This document shows, in pieces, positions 1-7,620 of a stretch of 39,142 nucleotides of DNA. The position numbers were made by a program, and so were the translations under genes. The DNA is taken from contig JBGTUV010000001.1 of NCBI GenBank assembly GCA_041938985.1, positions 1 through 39,142 of the forward strand, given 5' to 3'. This DNA is from Candidatus Nitromaritima sp. Lineage in GTDB: Bacteria; Nitrospinota; Nitrospinia; Nitrospinales; VA-1. The first letter of the stretch is position 1, and each line of letters starts with the position of its first letter. The notes under the pieces are model-generated. The model made no database searches. It saw only the letters and a list, made by a program, of their open reading frames with translations, and was not told the DNA's origin.

Positions 1-167
1 AAAGTTCAACAAATAGTATTGGTCAAATTTTAGGCCCAGTATTAGGAACTTGGCTAGTCGCAGGTGGCTTTTTTTATCCATTTATAATTGCTGGAGGTAT
101 TGTTTTAGGCTCCATAGGATTGGTTTATTTTTTGAAGCGACCAAATAATGGTATTGATGGGTCTTGA
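1..167 (+). CDS. 3' end of a membrane transporter gene (MFS-like terminal helices), partial at window edge
   Basis: Frame 3 is open from the window edge to TGA at 165-167. The translation ...SIGQILGPVLGTWLVAGGFFYPFIIAGGIVLGSIGLVYFLKRPNNGIDGS is hydrophobic and Gly-rich. The family is called by resemblance only. Confidence 0.4.
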   Translation, partial: SSTNSIGQILGPVLGTWLVAGGFFYPFIIAGGIVLGSIGLVYFLKRPNNGIDGS

Positions 168-196
168 TTGGTCAAACAACATAATAAACTTTTGGA

Positions 197-1387
197 ATGA
201 ACCAAAGATATACACGTAAAAAAAGTAGTAAATCAGCTCTTCACAATGCTGCTGACAATTCGAAATATGTTGAATTGGTTCGTTCGGGAGAAGACTATTT
301 TATAAGACTGGAAAAGTTAATTGATAAGGCAGAAAAAGAAATCCATTTACAGACCTACATTTTTGAAAGTGATGAAACAGGAAACCGTATAGCCTCCTGC
401 TTGAAAAAAGCTGCTGAACGAAATGTGAAGGTTTATATCCTATTAGATGCTTATGGCAGCTCATCTCTTTCGGATAATTTCATAAAAGACTTGCGACAGA
501 GTGGAATATTTTTTCGGTTTTTTTCACCGTTATTTACTGTTAACAATTTTTATTTAGGAAGAAGGATGCATCACAAAGTAATTGTAGCTGATGCTAAAAT
601 TGCAATGATAGGCGGAATAAATATCGCAAATAAGTATCACGGTATAAAGAATGATGAGCCTTGGCTAGATTATGCAATTAAATTAGATTGCCTCGCTGCA
701 AAAGATTTACAAAAATTGTGTTGCGATTATTTTTTCAAAGACGGAAGCTCAAAAAAAATAAAACCTGTCTTACATTCTGCGGGGAAAACATTTGTTGGTA
801 TTAGACAAAACGATTGGCTTAAAAACAAAACTGAAGTATGTGACGCTTACACAAACTCCATCAACCAAGCCAAGAATGAAATTGTCATTGTCAGTTCTTA
901 CTTTTTACCAGGAAGAAGACTAACCAATGCTTTAATTAGTGCTTGTAAAAGGAAAGTAAAAGTAACGCTAATATTAGCAGGAATTAGTGATGTGCCTTTG
1001 ATACGTAACGCCACTTCATATTTATATTCATTGTTTTTAAAACAAAATGTGCTAATATATGAATGGAATAATTCTGTGGTACACGGCAAAGCAGCTGTGG
1101 TAGATGACAAATGGTCCACAATAGGTTCATTTAACCTCAATGACCTTAGCTGTTATGGAAGTATTGAAATGAATGTTGTAATACATTCTCAAGATTTCGC
1201 AAAAACTCTACTAAAAGATTTTGAAAATGTAATAGAAAAATGCAATCAAATTACCATCACAAAACTAAACAGTAGAATAAGTACTTTAAATAAGTTAAAA
1301 AAATGGTTAGCCTATCAAATTGTTAGAGCAACACTTCACATTTTAACTTTTCTACCACATATAAAATTAATCGAAAAGCAGCATTAA
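197..1387 (+). CDS. Phospholipase D family protein, cardiolipin synthase-like
   Basis: 396-aa ORF with two HKD motifs: RRMHHKVIVADAKIAMIGGINI and VVHGKAAVVDDKWSTIGSFNLN. Confidence 0.8.
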   Translation: MNQRYTRKKSSKSALHNAADNSKYVELVRSGEDYFIRLEKLIDKAEKEIHLQTYIFESDETGNRIASCLKKAAERNVKVYILLDAYGSSSLSDNFIKDLRQSGIFFRFFSPLFTVNNFYLGRRMHHKVIVADAKIAMIGGINIANKYHGIKNDEPWLDYAIKLDCLAAKDLQKLCCDYFFKDGSSKKIKPVLHSAGKTFVGIRQNDWLKNKTEVCDAYTNSINQAKNEIVIVSSYFLPGRRLTNALISACKRKVKVTLILAGISDVPLIRNATSYLYSLFLKQNVLIYEWNNSVVHGKAAVVDDKWSTIGSFNLNDLSCYGSIEMNVVIHSQDFAKTLLKDFENVIEKCNQITITKLNSRISTLNKLKKWLAYQIVRATLHILTFLPHIKLIEKQH

Positions 1388-1440
1388 CTTATGTTAACTT
1401 TAAAGAAATAGTTTCTATCAATTCTCAAAAATATATTTAA

Positions 1441-1884
1441 ATGATAAAAATATTAACTACAGGTGGCACAATTGAAGGTGTAGATTCTGCAAATAACGAC
1501 GGAATCAAAACATCGAACCTAACCGAAGATTTCTTTAAGTCAGCGAATGTTTCATTCTCTTATTCCTTTGAAAATGTCTTGAACAAAGATAGTCGCTCAA
1601 TAACAGATGAAGACCGTCAGCTTTTGGTTGATAAAATCAAGGCATCGAGCGCAGAAAAAATAATAGTAACCCACGGTACTTTCACAATGGAAGATACCGC
1701 AAAATATATCGGAAAATTAAACCTGAACAAAACAATTGTCTTAGTAGGTTCATTCATTTTGGGCACATCAAAGAATACTGACGCACCGTTTAATTTGGGT
1801 TATGCCGCATGCTCGGTTCAGTTTCTTAAACCAGGAGTGTATATCGCTATGAATGGAACAATCTTCAATTGGGGTGGCGAGTGA
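1441..1884 (+). CDS. Asparaginase-domain protein (short form); C-terminus possibly altered at a recombination junction
   Basis: N-terminal ILTTGGTIEG matches the asparaginase TGGT signature. The ORF ends exactly where the convergent ssb-like similarity stops. Confidence 0.6.
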   Translation: MIKILTTGGTIEGVDSANNDGIKTSNLTEDFFKSANVSFSYSFENVLNKDSRSITDEDRQLLVDKIKASSAEKIIVTHGTFTMEDTAKYIGKLNLNKTIVLVGSFILGTSKNTDAPFNLGYAACSVQFLKPGVYIAMNGTIFNWGGE

Positions 1885-1980
1885 AAAACGGGCTACTTTC
1901 TTTCCGCTTTCAAGGTTCGTAATGGTTGGTTCTTGTCCAACGTTTCCAATTAACTGTACGTGATTTTTAATAGTACTCAT
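1873..1980 (-). pseudogene. ssb: Truncated ssb (N-terminal roughly 36 codons of an ICE-type single-stranded DNA-binding protein)
   Basis: From the internal ATG at 1980 the translation MSTIKNHVQLIGNVGQEPTITNLESGKKVARFSLAT matches the start of an SSB OB-fold. After about 1873 the frame runs antisense through the asparaginase gene and loses all SSB character. Confidence 0.7.
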
Positions 1981-2040
1981 AATAAAAGATTTAAAGATTA
2001 ATATTTCCCTTTTCAATTCAACTGTGATTAAATTTTAAGG

Positions 2041-2698
2041 GGTGTTTGTTCTTTTCTTTCGTGCACCGCACAATGGATAGAGTGGGTTTTGTCAAGACTT
2101 TTAGGGTAAAATCAGGTGTGTTTGCGACGTAGTAAATTCCTTGGAATTTCAAGGAAGTAGAAACCTTATTTTTCAATAAAACTCAGTACAGTCTTGACAA
2201 GTTCCATAAGGGCATTAGCGATTCTTTTAAACGCGGTTGCGTTTGAGTGTACCGACAGTTAAGCGAAATAAGTGGCTGTGGTTAAATTAGAATTGGTTAT
2301 GTCGTGCCTGTTTTTCGACGCCCCGAAAAACAATAAAGGCTTTATCCATTATAAACCCCTTAAAATGTGTAAGACAGCGATTCGGTTTTTAAGGATTTTC
2401 GAAGAAGCACTCAAGAAGGGCTTACCGTAAATTCTGTTAAGAAAACCGAAGTGATGGCTTTCCGATGAAAGGCGGACTTAATTCACAATTTTGGCTCAGG
2501 AATGTAGTGTCCCTACCCAGCCTAAGCGGATAGGGTTAGCGGAATGGAAAGCTAAAATTATGGATTGTGTCCAAGATAGTTGTAGTGAAGCTCTTTTCCC
2601 AGAATGTAGCTTATCGCAAAATGAGGGAAATGTGCTGAGTGATTTTAGTAGTCGATTATCCCGTCCGTAACGTGCAAAAAAGTACGGACTTTTCTGTT
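2041..2698 (+). ncRNA. Candidate large structured non-coding element of unknown class (RNA, or an ssDNA promoter/ssi-type element)
   Basis: No ORF of 60 aa or more in any frame across 2017-3040. G+C is about 40% by hand count against about 27-33% in the flanks. Several perfect 7-11 bp helices are visible. The terminal hairpin plus T-run reads as a terminator only on the + strand. Confidence 0.35.
2663..2698 (+). terminator. Intrinsic-terminator-like hairpin
   Basis: GTCCGTA (2663-2669) pairs with TACGGAC (2683-2689) across a 13-nt loop, followed by TTTTCTGTT. Confidence 0.45.
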
Positions 2699-2781
2699 AA
2701 GGACAGAGCCTAAATTTTAAATTTTCTTGCTATCTCATTTTTAGAAACTAGACAAATTTAAAATTTGCAGTAGTTGCTACT

Positions 2782-2919
2782 TTATAAATGCTTTTTATTC
2801 AAGTACTTTTCAAACTCTGTATTATCTAAATCAGTATCTCTTTGATTGGTTTCGAAATTCCTGAGTTCATCATTACAACCATCAAATTTGGCTCTAATCT
2901 TTTTGATTTTTTCTTTCAT
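2782..2919 (-). CDS. Small ORF, 45 aa (MKEKIKKIRAKFDGCNDELRNFETNQRDTDLDNTEFEKYLNKKHL)
   Basis: ATG at 2919 and TAA at 2782-2784. It is below the ORF-track cutoff and there is no independent support. Confidence 0.25.
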   Translation of the reverse strand: MKEKIKKIRAKFDGCNDELRNFETNQRDTDLDNTEFEKYLNKKHL

Positions 2920-2993
2920 TTATAAAGGTATTTTCTACATTTTAATATGCAGATTTGAAAAAAGTATTCCACTATGCGAAAATCCTTTCGTAT

Positions 2994-3030
2994 AAAATTA
3001 AAAAGCCCGATTAGAATAAACCAATCGAGC
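2994..3030 (-). terminator. Intrinsic terminator downstream of the 50-aa ORF
   Basis: The minus-strand RNA GCUCGAUU...AAUCGGGC forms an 8-bp stem that needs one G-U pair, so it works only on this strand. It is followed by UUUUUAAUUUU. Confidence 0.55.
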
Positions 3031-3040
3031 AACTAATCAG

Positions 3041-3193
3041 TTATTTTCCTTTCGAACTACCTTTTGAACCTGAAGATGAATTTTTAGAACCTCCACCTGA
3101 TTTACTTGGTGCATTACTTCGTCCAGTTCCGGATGGCTTTCCAGTAGTTGATGGCCATCCGCCAGCATTTCCTTGTCCTTTACCTTTGCTCAT
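3041..3193 (-). CDS. Small basic Gly/Ser/Lys-rich protein, 50 aa
   Basis: ATG at 3193 and TAA at 3041-3043. The translation is MSKGKGQGNAGGWPSTTGKPSGTGRSNAPSKSGGGSKNSSSGSKGSSKGK, with 9 basic and 0 acidic residues. It has its own terminator and a TATATTTG box at 3277-3284 on the minus strand. Confidence 0.5.
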   Translation of the reverse strand: MSKGKGQGNAGGWPSTTGKPSGTGRSNAPSKSGGGSKNSSSGSKGSSKGK

Positions 3194-3320
3194 AATTTTT
3201 TATATATTTTAAAATTAATATTCATTTTTTCTGCATAATATTTGTTCAAATTACATCGAACTTGTTGTATCTGTACCAAATATAGTATTATCCCATCATC
3301 ATTGGTATGGAATTCTAATC

Positions 3321-4235
3321 TTAATTTTTATCTTCTTTTTTTGGCATCAGTTCTTCTATATCTGATAGTTCGTTTACGATTCCCTGCTCCTTTAATGAGT
3401 TTTCAATATTGATTTGAACAACATTGGCGTTGGCTTTCCAAACAACTTCCGTAATAAAGGCAATGGTAAGTTGTACTTTTAAATCGGTAGCAAAATCTAT
3501 ATTGGAATTTTTCCATTTGTCCCTATGTTTAGAATTAGCTTCTTGCGTTAAGTCGATTAAAGAGCCGTAGATTTTTCTATCTTCATCTAATATCCCAAGT
3601 TGGTGTTCTTTTTGTTCATCAATTTTAAGGTTCTTATGTTTTAGAATAGGCAAATCAGCTTTTGGTAAAACGAACAGTACATTTTTAAGTCCTGTAGATG
3701 GAATCCTAATAATTTTATCCTCAATTTTATTAAAGTCATCTATCCCATAGATATTTAGATTCATTGCTACAATCACATCTCTTTCTGCATCAAAACCTAA
3801 TCTTTCAATACCTCTGACCAAGTCATCTTTACGAAGAAGATACCTTTTTTTTCTGGCTGATAGAAATGCGTTAGGAATGTAATAATTAATGTTCTGGTAC
3901 ACTATCTGTTGGGATAATATAGTGTCCGCATTAAGATGCGGGATATCTCCGGATGTAAACGCAGATTTCTGAAACAGATTCATTGTACCATTTACACCGA
4001 AGGAAATAGTAGGTTGCCCATCAAAATTCTCGGCAGAATTCTGGATACTATCAAAATTTTCTAATGCTTTTATAATGGCATCTTTAGAATTGATTAGAAA
4101 ATCCGATTCTTTATCATAGTCAATATCTGCATTTAATCTTGCATCTTCAATAGCTTTTTCAATGGATGTTTCGAGAACATCTATAAATTTTGATGACTTG
4201 GCCTTTAGCTTCTTTATCTCTTTCTTCTTCTTCAT
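3321..4235 (-). CDS. Hypothetical protein, 304 aa, no recognisable motif
   Basis: Long ORF whose start lies 1 nt after the stop of the upstream gene. The N-terminus is Lys-rich. Confidence 0.8.
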   Translation of the reverse strand: MKKKKEIKKLKAKSSKFIDVLETSIEKAIEDARLNADIDYDKESDFLINSKDAIIKALENFDSIQNSAENFDGQPTISFGVNGTMNLFQKSAFTSGDIPHLNADTILSQQIVYQNINYYIPNAFLSARKKRYLLRKDDLVRGIERLGFDAERDVIVAMNLNIYGIDDFNKIEDKIIRIPSTGLKNVLFVLPKADLPILKHKNLKIDEQKEHQLGILDEDRKIYGSLIDLTQEANSKHRDKWKNSNIDFATDLKVQLTIAFITEVVWKANANVVQINIENSLKEQGIVNELSDIEELMPKKEDKN

Positions 4236-4236
4236 A

Positions 4237-5655
4237 TTATATTGTCTTTAAGAGATTTTTATCTTTCAACACTTTTTTCAAACAGAACCTGAAATAATTA
4301 ATGGATTCTTGCCAACGTAATAATTCCAATACCTCGGTCTGAGGTAAGGTAGGTTGCGCAGTGAAGTTATCGTAGGTATTATATTCCGTTAATTTATACT
4401 GCCTTAAAAAGAGCAGTGCTAGATATTGGCATATGTAAAAAGTAACGCGCCTTCTGTTCCCTAAATTATCTAATCCTGGGAAAGGATATGATAAATCAAT
4501 GGGATAATATCCTCTACCAAATTCATCCTTGAAACTACTAAACCAGGTAAAAATCTCTGTCATATTATTAGGTAACAGAACATATTTTGGTGGCTGATGC
4601 TGTGTATATGTAAACAGCGTTTTAATGGCTTCATAGTTTTTCTGATATATCAATAAACCACCTAATGCCAAGTGGAACTCAAAAAAACGTTTTCTTTCGT
4701 TATCCCTTTTATCTATTAATGACTGGTTATCGTATGTGTGGGTTTCAAAGTTATAGTTTGTTCCATACACGCGTTGTAATCCAAAACTAAAATATTGATG
4801 TGCCGTACCCCAATAGTTCCCCACAAATTTGGCATTGTTTGATATGAGTACAACATTTCGCCAAAGCTCTTTGTAGGTTTCGTTAGAGATTGGGGTTTCA
4901 AATATGCCTTGCCCCATCAGCCATATGCCACTTACAACAAAATATTCAAGACTTTGCAAGTCTTCATTTCTACCCTTAGCAACTTCCCTAATGATTTCCC
5001 TTATGCCATTGTGAAATTCGTGATTAAACTCAACTTTAAAGTTTTCAAATCCATCAGGTTTCTCTTCTTCTCTAGGCCTTATGAAGTTTGCACGGTAATT
5101 ATTAAATTCTTCTGTGTAGAACGTAACTAATGTTTCTTCCAGACCCTTATCCTGTGTTCTAATAGCGAATATTGCCAGTTCATTGATGATTTTGAAATAG
5201 AATTTGTCATCTTCATCTTTCTTCAACTTTCGGTATTTGGAAATAACATAGGTAAGCAAACGTGTAGACTTACCATTGTAGAGTGATACTTTATCTAACC
5301 AAATAATAAAAATCACAACCAATGCAATTGTTGAAAGCAATACTAAGATTCTAGCTGAGTTTTGCATCCACCAGTTACCCTTCCAAAAAAGAGGTTCGAG
5401 GTCTAATATTAGGAATATAAATGAGCCGATTGTAAGGAATAAAACCCACTCAAAAACTGTTATTCTTCTTGACCTTCCTGGTAGTATTCCAAGAAATTTG
5501 GTCTGCGGAAATTCACTTTCAAAAGCATTGGCCAAATAGTTTGATGAAAACTTATAACCAATATTGGATATTTTGTCTACGATAATAGGGTATGCTATAC
5601 CCAAAATTGCAATATCGATAGCGACACAAATTTCTATGATATATTTAAATTCCAT
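4237..5655 (-). CDS. Hypothetical membrane protein, 472 aa (N-terminal TM helices plus a roughly 330-aa soluble domain)
   Basis: Hydrophobic segments IIEICVAIDIAILGIAYPIIV, VFEWVLFLTIGSFIFLILDL and ILVLLSTIALVVIFIIWL. The gene is tightly packed behind the AbiE genes. Confidence 0.8.
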   Translation of the reverse strand: MEFKYIIEICVAIDIAILGIAYPIIVDKISNIGYKFSSNYLANAFESEFPQTKFLGILPGRSRRITVFEWVLFLTIGSFIFLILDLEPLFWKGNWWMQNSARILVLLSTIALVVIFIIWLDKVSLYNGKSTRLLTYVISKYRKLKKDEDDKFYFKIINELAIFAIRTQDKGLEETLVTFYTEEFNNYRANFIRPREEEKPDGFENFKVEFNHEFHNGIREIIREVAKGRNEDLQSLEYFVVSGIWLMGQGIFETPISNETYKELWRNVVLISNNAKFVGNYWGTAHQYFSFGLQRVYGTNYNFETHTYDNQSLIDKRDNERKRFFEFHLALGGLLIYQKNYEAIKTLFTYTQHQPPKYVLLPNNMTEIFTWFSSFKDEFGRGYYPIDLSYPFPGLDNLGNRRRVTFYICQYLALLFLRQYKLTEYNTYDNFTAQPTLPQTEVLELLRWQESINYFRFCLKKVLKDKNLLKTI

Positions 5656-5660
5656 TCACG

Positions 5661-6122
5661 TTAATTTACTAATAGTTCTACCGTCTTATACCAATAATAA
5701 AATATGGACTTATCCGGTTGTCGCTTTAATCTGTTCAAAAATGCCCAATCTGGATGTTTTATGGTCAGTTTGCCGGTATCCTGATTCTCATAATATTCTA
5801 TTTCAACTACTTCCTCTTGTAGCAGTATTGCATTCAAATAAGCGACTCTGGCTGATGCTGACAATGCTTCTTCAATTCTAAAATTTCCTGTCATCAAAAA
5901 CGCACTGCCAAAACTTCGTATGCCAGAACTTAAATCCGCAAATTTCTTTTTTGCTTCAGCAGTTGGATTGCGCTCTCGTCGTGCAATAATTGCACAGGTA
6001 TTTATAGAATCCCACAGCACATCTTTATCACTGAGATTCCTTTTACTAAAATTAGCATCCGAACTGCGATAAGATAGTTCTGCTTTCGCGAAAGCAGAAA
6101 AACTTTTTTTCACTGTGGCCAT
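5661..6122 (-). CDS. 153-aa ORF in the same frame as the AbiEii-like ORF (probable detached C-terminal part)
   Basis: Its ATG at 6122 lies exactly 216 codons after the ATG at 6770, so the two ORFs share a frame. Only TAA (6144-6146) and 7 sense codons separate them. Confidence 0.55.
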   Translation of the reverse strand: MATVKKSFSAFAKAELSYRSSDANFSKRNLSDKDVLWDSINTCAIIARRERNPTAEAKKKFADLSSGIRSFGSAFLMTGNFRIEEALSASARVAYLNAILLQEEVVEIEYYENQDTGKLTIKHPDWAFLNRLKRQPDKSIFYYWYKTVELLVN

Positions 6123-6143
6123 ATCCGTAATACTTTCAAATAG

Positions 6144-6770
6144 TTATGACAAGTCAAACAATTGTTTACAGATTTCCATTGCAAACAGCTGGTCTTGTTT
6201 ATAGTAGGGAATACCAATAGTTTCTGGTGCAAATGCAGTTAGCTTATCACCACAAATGGCATTAACCGATGGTGTCATTACAGTTGTTACTGTTCCATCA
6301 ACAGAGAGCCAAGGTGTTTCAATTGGTGATTCGATAATTTCTGGGTAGTGTGGACTATCAAAAAGAATGTCTAATAGAATAGTTCCTGGCACGTTTGGGT
6401 TATACACCGACTGAAACTCTAATGTGTAATGTGCCTTTGGCACACCTTCTTTATAGCTTCTACGTTCGTTCAATACGTGTTTTGTAAAATGTGAATTGGC
6501 TATTACCGTATCTAATATTGCCTCTAATTCTTTACGTTCGATACTCGAAATAATATCAATATCAATGGAAAAACGATTTCCCTCTTTCAACAAAAGCACA
6601 ACTGATGTACCACCTTTGAACACAAAATCAAGTCCAGCTAATTTTAAATGTTCCAACAGGGACAATGCGTGAACCATTTTTTCTAAAATAGTAACGTTAA
6701 TGGACTTATGTTCTTTTTTTAAACGAAAGTTATCCAGCCATTCCTTTGTAAAACTTTTTTTATCAATCAT
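6144..6770 (-). CDS. AbiEii/AbiGii-family nucleotidyltransferase toxin, N-terminal portion (208 aa)
   Basis: NTase motif FVFKGGTSVVLLLKEGNRFSIDIDI. It overlaps the upstream AbiEi-like gene by 8 nt and ends just after an LFDL motif. Confidence 0.75.
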   Translation of the reverse strand: MIDKKSFTKEWLDNFRLKKEHKSINVTILEKMVHALSLLEHLKLAGLDFVFKGGTSVVLLLKEGNRFSIDIDIISSIERKELEAILDTVIANSHFTKHVLNERRSYKEGVPKAHYTLEFQSVYNPNVPGTILLDILFDSPHYPEIIESPIETPWLSVDGTVTTVMTPSVNAICGDKLTAFAPETIGIPYYKQDQLFAMEICKQLFDLS

Positions 6771-7530
6771 ATGGTATATCTTCTAAGAAACCTGGAATGT
6801 AATTACTTATAAATTGTTTGATTTCCTGTTCTTTTTTACGTCGTTTTGCATAGCTGAACATCCTGGTAAAATTAATGCTGTACCTGTCTATGATATTTTC
6901 ATAGATATGTACCACTTCAGGACCTTGGTAAAAATGAAAGAGGTTTTCATCTGCAAATAGGTCAACCATTATCTTTTCTAGTGTGGCTATTGCTACAACG
7001 TCCTTCTTGTTTTTTGTTTTCTGAATGGGCGCCCTAGTCACCAAACGCTTAATAACAACTGGCACATTACTTTCTGAAATGTAAAACTGAATTTCCTTCT
7101 CATCTGGATTTAGGTAAAAATCCATTCTCAGATTATCATTGAGGTAATAATAGAGTGAGTCTATAAACTCTTTTTCTACCTCGACAATAATTATTTGATT
7201 GGAAGTTTGGTGTTGGGTAAACTCATTAAGCCATTGGGTTTCCCAGATTGCATATTTTATATCCTCAAAGCGCTCGTTGGTCTTGCGAGCGATTTTATAA
7301 ATATTATCTGACAGAAGGGCTTTATACTTAGGCTTATAGGAAATAACATATAGCCCACGTCCTATTGTTTTAATGATATCCTTTTTTTTAAGGTCATAGA
7401 TTCGCCAACCAAACGTATTCTCTTTGAGGTCTGGTTCAAAATCGAGATAAAAGTCATATAGTTCATTCCTATTGAATGAGCTACGGTCCTTAAAGGCTTC
7501 TATAAGTCTATTTTCTATAATTTTTGGCAT
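6763..7530 (-). CDS. AbiEi-like antitoxin / transcriptional regulator
   Basis: N-terminal winged-helix-like segment ...WRIYDLKKKDIIKTIGRGLYVIS. It sits immediately upstream of the NTase and overlaps it. Confidence 0.7.
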   Translation of the reverse strand: MPKIIENRLIEAFKDRSSFNRNELYDFYLDFEPDLKENTFGWRIYDLKKKDIIKTIGRGLYVISYKPKYKALLSDNIYKIARKTNERFEDIKYAIWETQWLNEFTQHQTSNQIIIVEVEKEFIDSLYYYLNDNLRMDFYLNPDEKEIQFYISESNVPVVIKRLVTRAPIQKTKNKKDVVAIATLEKIMVDLFADENLFHFYQGPEVVHIYENIIDRYSINFTRMFSYAKRRKKEQEIKQFISNYIPGFLEDIPYD

Positions 7531-7565
7531 AACTAAAAATCAAAACTTCGCCAAAAATACAAAAA

Positions 7566-7620
7566 AGTGGTAAATATTTGAAAACAAATTATTGCCACTA
7601 TCAAAATTAAGTGGTAAAAT
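7566..7620. promoter_or_regulatory. Candidate abiE operator: three AGTGG(T/C)AA boxes
   Basis: AAGTGGTAAATATTTGA at 7565-7581 and AAGTGGTAAAATTTTGA at 7609-7625 are direct copies. ATTGCCACT at 7591-7599 is an inverted copy. All lie in the 114-nt gap upstream of the AbiEi-like gene. Confidence 0.45.

Noticed and set aside
898-1140. Track ORFs lying antisense to, or in other frames of, long well-supported genes. Coordinates: 898-1140, 4716-4901, 4909-5130, 5564-5881, 7592-7849, 7659-7925, 8467-8718, 10504-10968 set, 11465-11897 set, 12775-13014, 13437-13808, 14199-14715, 14910-15152, 15571-15822, 16075-16326, 16936-17400, 17743-17955, 18963-19193, 23505-24112, 24724-24993, 26216-26686, 26992-27234, 27705-27995, 28601-28807, 29176-30128 set, 31482-31826, 31867-32100, 32574-32795, 33880-34062, 38308-38508.
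   Set aside because: Each is nested in a longer ORF with clear family motifs, has no motif of its own, and often has low-complexity translations. They are treated as shadow ORFs.
1874-1885. GTGGCGAGTGAA resembles the tRNA-Leu 3' end GTGCGGGTGAA (12484-12494), suggesting attL/attR cores.
   Set aside because: It is only about 11 nt with one indel and one mismatch. A chance match is plausible given the freedom in placing the junctions.
1768-2016. An 82-aa ORF that could be read as an intact small gene.
   Set aside because: Only the 36 residues after the internal Met resemble SSB. The rest is antisense to the asparaginase-domain gene. It is called a truncated pseudogene instead.
2041-2698. Whether the structured region is tmRNA, RNase P RNA, a group II intron remnant, a retron msr/msd or a type III toxin-antitoxin repeat RNA.
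   Set aside because: None of the hallmarks is visible: no tag-peptide frame or tRNA-like end, no GGAAAGTCC-type P4 motif, no domain V-like hairpin or GTGCG 5' end, no adjacent reverse transcriptase and no tandem repeats.
2752-2766. The A/T-only palindrome CAAATTTAAAATTTG downstream of the 45-aa ORF as a terminator.
   Set aside because: The stem is entirely A-T and has no flanking U-run context that I can defend.
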